This document shows positions 1 to 11,620 of a stretch of DNA of 64,000 nucleotides, in pieces. The first letter of the stretch is position 1; each line of letters opens with the position of its first letter. The notes beneath the pieces were generated by a model that was not told where the DNA came from, did not search any database, and was given only the letters and a program-made list of their open reading frames with translations. This DNA is from Geosiphon pyriformis uo1 (lineage: Eukaryota > Fungi > Glomeromycota). The position numbers and the translations under genes were made by a program. The stretch covers positions 133,443 through 197,442 of the forward strand of contig JAAOMT010000484.1 in NCBI GenBank assembly GCA_016748015.1, written 5' to 3'.

Positions 1-120
1 TAATTTCAATTTTATTTTTCTAATTTCATTATAATGACTATCCCTTAAAATATTCAACAGTTATCTCAAAAATTAATGTTAGCTTTAAAAACAATACTCA
101 AATTATTCATTACTATCACT

Positions 121-753
121 GAAAAACATATTAATTATACCCAAACAGAAATAGTTACAAATCTAACCCCAAATTCATGAAAGTATCACTCTTATAAAAA
201 AAACACAAGAAGTTATTCTGGAATTCATTTACCAGAACTTTTGAAGCTTGCTTTAAGAAAAAACTTATTGCTTACCCCTATTAGTATTTTACCAAATGCT
301 ACTATTCAACAAAAACTTTAACTGTGTCTTAATGAAGAAAATGGCAAATACCCCCCAATATATAGATATTTTTATATTGAAAAAACACTTCATAAGCAAA
401 AACTAGAGCTTACAGCAGCAAACCTCACAAAAAAAGCTATTCAGAAACAACTCCACAATGAATTCAAAACAACAGCTGGACCTACAAACAGTTGTTATAA
501 ACTAAGAGCTGCTCTTAAACTTTATGACCTATTCCACACCTGTGAAAACGTCCTACAAAACCCAATTTTACAGCCTTTGAAGATTCAATACATTGGAAAG
601 CTCACAGAACTGAAATTTCAACAATTTTCAGACCAAATTTCTTCAATAATTTTGGATTATTATCTAGAAATTACAGACAGTACTTGGACTTTAATAGAGC
701 TCAGTCTTGAGGAGGAGGTTATGTTACCAGACAAAATTAGAGATATTGTTTAG
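121..753 (+). pseudogene. Accessory post-pol ORF of LTR family C, decayed, reading through the PPT into the 3' LTR
   Basis: Manual translation: ...YRYFYIEKTL...KLRAALKLYDLFHTC...IGKLTELKFQQF...ELSLEEEVMLPDKIRDIV*. Open 322-753, in-frame stops at 178 and 319. Resembles family A ORF3 in position and pattern. Confidence 0.55.
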
Positions 754-1709
754 CATGAAATTATTCTTATAAATCTTATCATTAATTAGCATATATTATC
801 ATTTCAAATTATCACTTATTACATTAACAAAATATTCGAAATTATTATTTAATTAATAACCCAATTTGTACATAATACAAATGTAACCTAATTGCAATGA
901 TCAATCATGCAATACTCCAAACTATGTAACATTCAAAAAGTTTGCCAAAATTTGTAAGAAATTTGCCAAAATAATTGGTAGTTTGCCAAAATATCTAATA
1001 GTTCAAAGAAATAACTTGTAGTTCGCCAAAATGTATCTTTAGTTCAGTGAAATTATAGAAAATAGCAAAGTTCAAGTTCATAGAATAGTGTTATGGCAAG
1101 TTGTATAAAAGAAGAGCTTCTCTCTTTGAGAAAATGTATCTTACTTCAGATTTAATAATTATAATCATCCTTTACACACAAAAACAAAATAAATATCAAA
1201 TAAATTTGAAAAGCCAAATTTTTAAATTATTTCCCTTGAAATTAACCAATTCCTACTAACAGTTTGAAATTGATTAGCTACCAATTTCAGTAGACTGTTA
1301 AAGCACTTCCAGATCTGGATCCGAAATGACTTCCATAAATTATCAGTTTTACTTTTTCTTTTACATTTCTTTTATTCTCTTTCTTTTCTTATTATAAATT
1401 ATTTGAGTAGCCTACAGACAAGAATTCCTGTAGAAGAGTTGACTTTCACAGCAAAGTAACTACACATTTTTAGTAAGCTTCCAGATGAGCAATTCCTGGG
1501 AAAGAGTTGACATTTACTACAACATAACTATACAAAGTAACTGGCATGAAATTGGCCATTCCACTTATAAGTCCAGCAGTTCAAATTATAGGAGATAATT
1601 TGAAGATAAATTCAGTTATCGGAGGTTCAAACACTTTCTATAATTGTGAATTAACAGCATTACAACAAACATACAAGAGCTAAGAAGAGACCAAAAACCT
1701 CCAGTAACA
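722..1709 (+). mobile_element. 3' LTR (~990 bp) of LTR retrotransposon family C, inserted into family B integrase
   Basis: Purine tract GAGGAGGAGG at 709-718, then TGTTAC at 722. GTAACA ends at 1709, directly followed by integrase codons. TATAAAA near 1104 is preceded by TTYGCCAAAA repeats. Confidence 0.65.
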
Positions 1710-2609
1710 CCATAGACTACCTTACAAAATGGCCAGAAGCCAGAACAATTCAAGTAGCTGACACCAAAACAGTAGCCAAATTTGTATACCAAGATCTAAT
1801 ATGCAGACATAGATGTCTAAAAGAACTGTTATTGGACTAAGGAACACATTTTGTCAATACTATGTTAACTGAATTAAGTCAATGTTTTGGTATAAAATGA
1901 TCTCTATTGTTACCATATCACCCACAAACAAATAGACTGGTAAAATAGTTTAACAGGACATTATGTAAAGCATTAGCAAAAATAAGTTATGAAAACAAAC
2001 AAGAATGGGACTTATTCATACCTTCTGTACTCTTTGCATATCAAACATTAAAGCAAAATATGACACAGTTTACACCATTCAAATTAGTCTATAGAAGAAA
2101 AGCAATGTTATCTATTGAATAAAAAATAGTGTCCTACCCAACAAAAACTATCAATAAAGAAAATTTTGAAGCTATTTTATGTCAAAGAACGTACTAGCTA
2201 ATAAAAATGTTAGAAAACAATCATAGAATAGCAGCTGACAATATCAGTAATGCTTAAGAATAACAAAAAGAAAGACATGATGTTCACCTAACTGAACAAC
2301 CAATAGAATTTAAAGACTGGAGACCAAGTACTGTTACATTATACAAAAGTGAAGAAACAATAGAGCAGAAAATTTGATCCAAAGTAAGATGGCCCATTCT
2401 ATATACACAAAGCTTTAAGAAATAGACCTTACAAATTACAATTGGAAGACAAAATTTTAAAGAAAGTAGCTTATGGAAATCAATTAAAAATTTATCATGC
2501 AAAACAACAGTCATCATCATCAGTACATCAACTAGGAACACAAATTCCATTAATCAAACCAGAATATATACCACAAAATCTGAAACCAATTATCATTATT
2601 AAAATGTAG
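1710..2609 (+). pseudogene. pol: Ty3/Gypsy integrase core and C-terminus, family B
   Basis: Translation IDYLTKWPEAR...LICRHRC..ELLLD*GTHF...PYHPQTN.LV..FNRTLC...GPFYIHKAL...KPIIIIKM*, with multiple stops. Confidence 0.85.
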
Positions 2610-2676
2610 ACAACACATAGCAAATTAAATTGGAAAATTTAAGTATATATACTACCCAGAAAACAATAAGAAAATG

Positions 2677-3349
2677 ATAGAATCTTTTTCAACATAGACT
2701 TTTTAGATCAAATTCTACAACTTTTAAAACAACTGTTTAATGCAATTCAACAATCTTCCACTCAAATAGAAATCACAATTAATAAAAAAGAGATATGATA
2801 CAGAGATAAGAACAAGAAAGGGGTGAATGAGAGTTTAACTAGAACTAAGCTGTCCCATCCTTACAAGCAAACCTCTCTCTACGAAAGAAAAAGAAAAAAA
2901 GATATGGCATGGATAAAATCTAACACAGCTAAGAAGAAGGGGAAGGAGACAGAAATGGAACTGTGTTGGATGAAAATTGAGAAAATAAGGAAGAGACTGA
3001 ACAGGCAAACACTAGAACCAGTAACAAAAGAATGAACACTTGAAAATACAAAGAAATAGAAAAAAGAACTTTTATTTGTCTATTGGTTATTTAAAATTGG
3101 GTTGCAATTAGGATTAAATAGCCCATATAAAGACCTCAACTGTCAAATGATCAACAAAAAAGCCTGCAGACAAGTAGAAAAATTTGTGAGAAAAAACAAC
3201 TTAAACCTATACTACAAAGCAATATACTGACTACATTCAGTATTTAAATACTGTCTAACAGTACTATTAAATAAAACTCTAAAAACTATCACAGTCAACA
3301 ACATAGGATGGATAATGTTATGGTTTAAGAATTTAGCAAAAGAATCATA
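2677..3349 (+). pseudogene. Family B accessory ORF 3a, decayed
   Basis: ORF 2823-3035 continues in frame through stops to LFVYWLFKIG...YYKAIY*LHSVFKYC...TITVNNIGWIM. Start coordinate approximate. Confidence 0.45.
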
Positions 3350-3414
3350 AAAATAATATAAACTATTCAATCATAATATAGTACAGTAATAATCTTAGAA
3401 AGGTAATGATTAAC

Positions 3415-3506
3415 ATAGTAGCAAACACCATCTCGCGATAGTGGCAAGCACCAGTTCACAATAGCAGCCAACACCAACTGGTGATAGCAGCAAACACCAG
3501 GTTGAA
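3415..3506 (+). repeat. 4 x 23-bp tandem array (16-bp conserved ATAGYRGCMARCACCA plus 7 variable nt)
   Basis: Units start at 3415, 3438, 3461 and 3484. Confidence 0.85.
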
Positions 3507-3528
3507 ATATCAAAAAAAAAGTATTACA

Positions 3529-4286
3529 ATGTGTTTTCTCATAGAACTACAAACATGTATATATATAGTAGCTTTAATATTAAGAAAAGAGAATCAAGTA
3601 ATAAAAATCATAATTTATCAAGCAATAGATCCAATTTTATCCAACAAACTCCATTTTAAATCATACTTTCAAATTAAATATCCCAAGAAATCTTTAAATC
3701 AAAAAGAAATAAAAAAGAATATTTAAAACTGAATTATCACAACCCAAAGTATTAAGAAACTTACTTGTATTATTTATTGAATGAAACTATTATTCATCAA
3801 CTGAATCCCTTGGAAGAATAATTCTTGATCAAGATTATTCATGTTGTTACTAATTGATAAAAGCTTTATTGTAAGAATTAGGAAAAGTGCTAAAGGCCAT
3901 TAACATTCTGTGTTTCTAGATTAGAGAAACACATCAGACAATTGCAAAAATAGCCTTAGAGAAGACCCCAAACAGCAGATAGATTTTAGTTCAGCCTCTG
4001 AGAAGAAGTACATAAACATACACAACAATTAAGAATTGAAGAATAACTTACATCACGACATTAAAAAAAAAGCCTTCAATATAACAGTGATATTATCACA
4101 CAAATAGAATTGAGGAACTCATGAAAGACTGATTGCAATTAAATATAACAAGAAAACCATCCCATAACAATGACAAACACCCAATTTAAAGTTCTACAAA
4201 AAGCAATACTGAAGGCAACATTCGAGTTTTTTACGGAAAACACAAACTTGGCTGAAATAGATGATTTTGCAGGAGCTCAATTTTAA
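3529..4286 (+). pseudogene. Family B accessory ORF 3b, decayed and frameshifted
   Basis: ATG at 3529. The terminal frame MTNTQFKVLQKAIL...DDFAGAQF* ends at the PPT. Confidence 0.35.
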
Positions 4287-4300
4287 AAAGGGAAGGATAA

Positions 4301-4650
4301 TATTACCCAAGTAGAAAAACCAAAAAGCTATGGAAAAACATAACAAAAAAACATAACAAGAAAAACACAGTACAACTCAAAGTAACATAGAACAAATGTG
4401 TGTAATAGTTAGCAATAATGAGCAATAACTAGCAATAATAAGCAATAGCTAGCAATAGTAAAGCAATTGAAAGCAATTCTATAAAACCAAAAAAATATAT
4501 AAAAGCAAGTAGTTGTAGAAGTTGAAAAGACAGTTAGTTAGCAATCAAGTTTATTTTGTATTATACTTATTATATATTCATAGTCCAAAATACAATAAAA
4601 TATTAAAAACCAAAAAGAAATCCAATTTACTACTTTATGTTTGCCAATAT
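4301..4650 (+). mobile_element. Truncated 3' LTR of family B
   Basis: GAGCTC, purine tract AAAAAGGGAAGGA (4285-4297), then TATTACC (decayed TGTTACC). AGCAAT repeats at 4411-4478 are followed by TATAAAA. Confidence 0.5.
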
Positions 4651-5304
4651 TGTTATGGGTTGGAGTAACAAGCTAACGGATAGCAAGGGAGAACAGAATT
4701 GTAGGATGATAGAAATAATCAAAGAGAATTCAACTTTAATGAGCGAATTGAATGAGTATGGATTCAATATGCAAGATCAGTCTTATAAAATATCTCAGTC
4801 GCTATTCTTTTCAAAAGGTAACAAGAGAATCTGAAGGTAGAAGGATAGTCTGTACTGTCAACAATTGATCACCATTGATATAATTCTATGCCTCACATCA
4901 GCACTCTTAGAATTCAATATCAGGTATTAACTTGTGCTTTTCAGTCACGTTTATTCAAATAATCTTCAAATGCTGCAATTACACATTTCAGGAAAGTGCC
5001 AACAAGGAATCTTTTATCTTAAGATGTTTGGATACTTGAAAGTAGGAAAAGGGAAATTAGTGATAAGAGAGTGATTGAGATGAAGTTGTTATTTTTATTT
5101 ATTTGATTCTTGTCTAAGAGATGATTTTCTACAGCTAAGAGACTCATTGTTCATATAGCTATTGAAAGTAGTCAATGATCAAGTCAATAGTCAGGTCATT
5201 GATCAGGTCAATGATCACTATTTAAAAATAGAGTGGCTAATTATATGACATCAGTGACTAATACATGTGATAACTAATAAAAATTATGGGTTTCAACCAT
5301 AACA
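4651..5304 (-). repeat. A1 3' LTR (654 bp)
   Basis: TGTTA...TAACA termini, with the PPT adjacent on the minus strand. Confidence 0.95.
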
Positions 5305-5930
5305 TTATCCTCTCTAAAGAGATTGAGCTCTGGTGAAATCAAGCTATTTATAGGGTATTCTAATTGAAGGGTTTTGTCTAACTCAAAACTAACTAGTTTG
5401 TTAAAGTCTTTTGTGGATAGAGTATATAGTACTTGGGGTGAAATAAGCTTTGTATCCAAGAGACCAAATCTTTGTATAAGAGTTTTGGCTCTTCTTGCAA
5501 TGGTCAAAACTCTTGGGACATCTAAACATATAATGCCCAAAATTTCCACTTGTATCTCTGAAGTTGTTTTCTTCATGAGCTTCATTTCTTCTATGATTTC
5601 ACCAAGACAACCATAGAGTTCTAATTGCCTTCCATATGACAAGTTTTTGTTTATGGGCAAGATTTCCTTAATCATTTTTCCAATTGTCATAGAAGGTGTA
5701 AGTATTGCTGTTGTTATGCTTTCCAGCAAATACTTATCCATTTTGCTACCAATTCTTTCTCTTCTGGTAGTGGTTTTCTTTGGTCTAATAACAGTATGTG
5801 TTCCATTGTTATCAGTTATGGTGGTTTGTTTTCCAATGGTCAGAGTAGCATTTGGATAATTTTTGATCCAGTACTTATGGAGAGTGTAGAAAGCGTTTTG
5901 AATGTTTTGATCTAGAAAATAATTGTTCAT
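5274..5930 (-). CDS. Family A ORF3, uncharacterised ~218-aa protein between integrase and 3' LTR
   Basis: Open frame 5274-6026. First ATG (MNNYFLDQ) at 5930 is conserved in copies A2, A4 and A5. Stop lies inside the LTR. Confidence 0.7.
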   Translation of the reverse strand: MNNYFLDQNIQNAFYTLHKYWIKNYPNATLTIGKQTTITDNNGTHTVIRPKKTTTRRERIGSKMDKYLLESITTAILTPSMTIGKMIKEILPINKNLSYGRQLELYGCLGEIIEEMKLMKKTTSEIQVEILGIICLDVPRVLTIARRAKTLIQRFGLLDTKLISPQVLYTLSTKDFNKLVSFELDKTLQLEYPINSLISPELNLFREDNVMVETHNFY

Positions 5931-5971
5931 GTCAATTGAAGATATCTCTGTTTTGGGAATGGTGTATTTAT

Positions 5972-8900
5972 TTATATCTGATTTTTGTTGATCATTTGGG
6001 TTGGTATTACCACAACAGGTAACCAATCAGGTCGTTTGTGATATTTTTTGAGTCGTGTGTCATAAACAGGGTGATCATTGAAGATTGTTTCATATTGATC
6101 TTGTAAGATATAAGAACCATTGTTCAAAACTTTGTTGACTATAAAAAGTCCTTTCCACTGGCTAGAGAATTTATCATCATAGACATTGTCTCTGTCTGAA
6201 CAGTATTTTAAAACTAAGTCACCAACACTTAAGAAAAGTGTTTTATATGTTTTTTTTTTCTTAAGCTTCTCTTGGAATTGTTTTATCTTTTCAAAGACAA
6301 TTATCCGTGCTTCTACTAATAAGTCAAGAATGGTACCAAGTCTTCTTTGCAAAATGTCTTTGTAATTCCCTATTGTTATTTCTTCAAAGAGTATTGTCTC
6401 AATGTCAGTTTTTATTGGTAGGGTTGCTATTCATCCATAGAGTAGATAAAAAGGTTCATAACTTGTTATGTCATGATTCACAGTTCTATAAGCAAACAAA
6501 GCTGAAAGCAGTACTTTGTCCCATAAGTTTGTTTCTTCACTGGTTTTGGCTAGGGTTTCACATAGTGTTCTATTGAAACGTTCCACTAGACCATTTGTTT
6601 GGGGGTAATAAGGAGAGGAAAGTTTGTGACATATTCCCATTTTTTTGCAAAGTTCTTTAACAAGTGTACTGAGAAAAGCTCTTCCTCTGTTAGATAAAAG
6701 TTCTTTGGGGCAGCCATGGTGACAAATGATATTTTCATAAATAAAATTGGCTTTTGAGACTGCTGTTTGGTCTGGAGTGGCTCTTGCTTCTACTCACTTT
6801 GTAAAATAGTTGGTAGCTGTAATAATGTATCTGTTGCCATCAGGAGTTATTGTTAAAAGTCCAACAACATCTATACCAATTCTGTTAAAGGGTTGACCAA
6901 CAGAAATTGGGATATCTTCTTTGCAATTGGGTTTTCTTTTTCTTTGGCAGATATCACAGGTTTTGATGTATTTAGTAATGTCTTTTTCCAAGATAGGCCA
7001 ATAATAGCAAGCTAGAGTTTTCTGAATTGTTTTTGTTTTTCCAAAGTGTCCAGCTAATGGATCAGTGTGCATATTGTAGATCACAATTTCTCTTTCTTCA
7101 AATCTGATGACTCTCTGGGGGTGGTCAGAATCTTTTCTATTTCTTTTATAAAGTTGGTTTTGGCAAATCAAATAAAAATTTGATTGTTTGTGCAAATATT
7201 CTCTTTGTTGTCATGTGTATTTCGGTGGGTATTGTCCTTTACCCAAAAATTTCATTAAGGCAGAGTAGTTGTCCAAGTCCATTATCATGTTTGTCAAAAA
7301 GGGAAAATTACTAATAATTAAGTTAATTTGGTTTGAGAGAGTTGTTTTGTTACTGGATGGTAAGTCTGGAGAAAGCGTCGGCATTTTGATGATTAGCTCC
7401 TTTGCGATATTGAATATCATAGTCGAATTCATCCAAGTGGAGTATTTAGTGAGTTATTCATTTGTGTTCTAGCCTCTTTTTGTTGTGCAGCCAAACCAAA
7501 GCTTGGTAATTTGTTACCACCAAAAACTTCACACCTAGAAGATACTTGCTCTAGTAACTGGTGGACCATACTACTGCTAAGCATTCTTGTTCAGTGACTA
7601 AATAGTTCTGTTTTGCTGGAGAAAGGGTTCTACTGACATAGGCTATGGCATGTTCTTTGCCATCTTTATCTTTCTGGGAGAGAACAGCACCAAGTCCAAA
7701 GCCAGATGCATCAGTATGGAGAATAAAGGGTCGATCTAGATCAGGTTGCTTGAAGATGGGTTCTGTAACCAGTTTTTCCTTTAAAGTTTTAAAGGCTTTT
7801 TGCTGATGTGTTCCCCAATAGTAATTAACATTTTTCCTGAGTAGCTGATTGAGAAGAGAGGCGATTTTGGAGAAATTCTTGACAAATTTGCGATAATAAG
7901 AGGCCAAACCAAGAAAAGAGCATAGTTCATGAATGTTTATTGGTTGTTTAATGTTTTGGACTTTTTCAACTTTGGCTGGGTCAGGAAAGATTCCATCTTT
8001 TGTAATAAGATGACCAAGGAACTGGATGGATTGTCTTCCAAAGAAAGATTTGATTGGGTTGATCTTGAGGCCAGCATTTCTGAAGAGGTCAAAAACCTTT
8101 TGCAAATGTTCCAGGTGTTCATCCCAGATTTTTGAGTATACCATTATGTCATCCAAATAGACTAGAACAAAGTTTTCCTTGACTGATTCAAATACTTTAT
8201 CTATTAAGCATTAAAAGGTAAGAGAGGCGTTGGTGAGACCAAAAGACATGACTGTGAATTCATAGATGCCATACTTGGTGATGAAGGCAGTTTTCTTTCT
8301 GCTTTCTGGATCCATTTCTACTTGCCAGAATCCAGCAGTTAAGTCAATAATTGAGAAGAAAGCAGCATCTTTGAATTGGTCTAACATTGCATCAATCTTG
8401 GGAAGTAGGTACATGTCTCTTTCAGTGATGGCATTTAATTGGCAATAGTTGACACAGAAGCATAGTGTTCCATCTTTCTTGGATATCACTACAACTGGGA
8501 AAGCCCATTCACTCTTGGTTTCTTGTATGAATCCAAGTTTTTTCATCCGGTTTATCTCTTTTTTGATAAATTCATTATTGCGCCGATTGGATTGATAAGG
8601 CTTCAAATAGATGGGTCGAGTTTCTCTAATGGTGATGGTGTGTTGTATCACATAGGTACATCCAGGAGTATCACCTTCTTTGGAGATAACTGGACTATTT
8701 CTAGCCAGCAAATTTTCAATGTCTATTTTTTTTTCTTCTGGGGAGGATTCTTTTTGTTCTATAACCAATGATTGAATCTCAGGTGGTTCATTCTCAAAGG
8801 ACTTCTGTACTTTTTTCAATTCTTCTCTGAGTATCAAACTAATTGGTTCCTAATCTTTGTAATAGATCAGGCATGATTTGCATTCATCACTTGGAGAATA

Positions 8901-10033
8901 CAAGGATTTGTTGCACCAACACCAGACACAAAGACCATGCCACCAAAAACTGTATTTGGCTTTCTTGCCAGGTTTTCTTTCAAAGGTTCTTCTAAGAATA
9001 TTATAATAAGACCAGCAGATTAGCTTGCCATTTACAATGATTTCTTCTTTGTCTGCTTTAACATTGTCCAGTGGTTTGCCATTGTTGGTGAAGATGGTAT
9101 AAGCGAGTTCAGCAGTTTCTTCTTGTTTTTTTTTTTCATTGCTTTCTTCATTATCTGATTCATCTGATTGTTCTTCTTCTTGATTTTGTTTGGGTACTGG
9201 AGGAGTTGTCCAATAGCGACACTTAACCACAATGAGTTTCTCACCACATCTGATGGTTAATTCACAAAATTTATAATCAAGCAAAGCTTTTGCTTTCTTG
9301 AGCCATTCATTGCCAACAATAATGGTGTATTCTTTGACTTCAGAAACTTCCATGTCAGTTTCAATGCTGATTTCATTGATGCAGACAGAAACAGCTTTGG
9401 CAATACTCAGTCTTTTTTTTTGTTACCATGTACATTGGTCATTGGTCTGGTAGAAAGTTTATCAATCTTTCTACCAATTGCTTCCAAGAAGTGTTTGGCA
9501 ATGACACTAACAGATGATTTACTGTCCAGAATTAAGTCAATGAAGTATCCAGCCACTTGGGCTTTACAAATCAGAGGAGTGACATTGCTGTTGTCAGCAA
9601 GTCTAGCTTGGCAAAGGCACTTGTTGGTATTTGGTGTCTTCTTCTTTGGGATCAAGGATTTGCGAAGATCCTTTCTGAACTATGAGTGGGTTATTAACTG
9701 GCCAAAGGTAATATGTGCTGAGGTTTCCATGAGATCTTTGACAACGGAATAGGGTCCAGATTTTTGTACAATTTCTGAGGATTCCAACTTTGGGTGATTC
9801 TTAAAGATTTTAGCCTTTGGTGGCTCATTGTTATTAGCGGCAGAAGTTGAGGCTTTGTTGGGGTCTAAAACGAAATCAACCTTGGCTTTCTTCTTCTTTC
9901 TGGTTGGTTTTGAGGTGTTGATTGCTAGTTCATCCATGTCATGGTCATCATCAGTTAAGTTAAAAGCATAAAAAGAGTTTTCTTCTGGTTGGCTTGCACT
10001 CTCACTCTTTAGAGGTGCGCCTACCAGTTTAAA
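5972..10033 (-). pseudogene. pol: A1 pol (aspartic protease, RT, RNase H, integrase)
   Basis: LILDS(G/K)SS protease motif, YLDD RT, LHTDASG RNase H, GHFG...CDICQ zinc finger and PQTNGLVERFNRTL integrase core. Many stops. Confidence 0.92.
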
Positions 10034-11568
10034 GACTGATAAACAGTAGCTTCAACTAGGAGATTCTCTCCAAAGAAATTGATGTTGGCATGATTGGGTT
10101 TTTGATTGGGGACATTGTTGTTGTTGTTGAATCTGTTGTTTTGGTTGTCATTGTTTCTGAGAGCTAGAGAAAGCAGTGGAGAATTGTTATAATCTCTTAA
10201 ATAATATCCAGTTAATCCACAACGATAGCACACAGGTGGGCCACAATTTTGCTGTCTTTGATAGGGAGGTTGCTGGGACTGGTTAAAACGAGATTTGTAT
10301 TTAGGTCTTGGTAGTTGCTGGTTATCTCTGATTGCTTGTGCCAAAGGTTCTAATAACCGGGCAAGATTGGCTGTGAATCTATCAATTAATTGTTCATTTG
10401 GATTTTGAGTTTGGGCAGCAAAAGAAACAGCAGCCATTTGAGAGGCAGGAGCCATAACAGGAGCAGAAGCAATAACTGGAAGTGTAGATCCCAAATGTAT
10501 TCTTTGGTTGTCTTCAATTTGTTGGGCAAGTTCAATGGCCATGTCTATTGTAGGGTTGTTTTTTAGGGCCAAGAGAAGCCAAAGAGCATAAGATAAATTG
10601 GTTCTCAATCCTTTTGTGAAGGAATGAATCTTTTGTTCTTTTGTCCAGTTTCCCCCAAAGTCTACACATTTGATTAGCTTTCTAATAGCTTTGGCATATT
10701 CAGTCACTACTTCTCCAGGGCCTTGGGTTCTTCTTTTCAATTCCATGTGCCATTTGGATATTAATATTGGGGTTCTGAACTTGGCCTCAAATTGGGTAGT
10801 AAAAAAGGTATTTTCTTCTCCAGCATTGATTGGTGTTCATCTGATTATTCTGTGTTGAGCATTGACATCTGTTTCTTGTAAGAACCAGGTAGCAGGAGAG
10901 CCTTGGAGGTAGCCACCAACAATTTGGAACTTGTATTCTTCATTATACTGGTTGGCTGTGGCAGCTCTCTCAAAATCATCTAACTATTCAATTAGATCTT
11001 GTGTATTACCTCTAAATAGTGATAGTGAGGTATTGTTTCTTCTTTCTAGAGCAGTTTGTATATCTTAGAGAGTGGCCAGAATGTTTGCTTGCATGGGGTC
11101 ATTAGCCATTGGTTCAGGAGTAACTGTTTGTGTAAACAAGTCTGATTTGCTTGATAAAAAGTCAAAAACAGGGGCAGTTTGGTAGCTTTCTTCTTCTGTT
11201 TCAAAAGAAAGTTTCAGTTGCTTGATGGGCAGCAATTCAAATGTAGATTTGATGATTCAGATATTCGAAATTAGGGGGCTGTTGTTCAAAGGTTGCAGAA
11301 TATAAGAGCTGTTATTTCTTTCTTCAAAGTTGTTTTCAAAATAAGCTTGGTCAAAGTAATAGGTTGTATAAGCTGTGTAGATTTCAGCTGAATGCTCATT
11401 CAGAAACCAGTTCCAAAAGTCTTGGAATTGTCTACTGGATTGTTTTTCAAGGGGGAAGCAAATCAAGCAGAAAGACAGAGGATTAAGTTTAATGAAATCT
11501 AGGTCATTTCTGTTGTGTGCTGCAAAGTGTTTTTCTGATTGCTATGGCAGATATAAGTAATCACCCAT
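10021..11568 (-). pseudogene. gag: A1 gag (N-terminal extension, capsid, CCHC knuckle)
   Basis: QGPGEVVTEY major-homology-like region and decayed CYRCGLTGH..RDC knuckle. Confidence 0.9.
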
Positions 11569-11597
11569 ACAATGAGGGAATAAGTGAATTTTGACAA

Positions 11598-11614
11598 CCT
11601 CACAGGGAGCACCA
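11598..11614 (-). promoter_or_regulatory. Primer binding site TGGTGCTCCCTGTGAGG, complementary to the 3' end of a probable elongator tRNA-Met
   Basis: Begins 6 nt after the 5' LTR. The implied tRNA end CCTCACAGGGAGCACCA resembles eukaryotic elongator tRNA-Met ends recalled from memory. Also at 16449, 31079 and about 47079-47095. Confidence 0.8.
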
Positions 11615-11620
11615 CTTTTA

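Noticed and set aside
1422-1528. Imperfect duplication AATTCCTG..AAGAGTTGAC in the family C LTR
   Set aside because: Single LTR copy in the window and no PBS visible, so no function can be supported.
3415-3506. CRISPR array
   Set aside because: Spacers are only 7 nt, repeats are imperfect, there are no cas genes, and the context is a eukaryotic TE.
4637-4834. Short ORFs in LTRs (also 11835-12089, 29559-29744, 62398-62673)
   Set aside because: Not consistently open among LTR copies, so probably chance frames.
5274-5930. env gene or chromodomain call for ORF3 or the integrase C-terminus
   Set aside because: No signal peptide, TM helix or furin-site architecture, and no chromodomain aromatic-cage motif seen.
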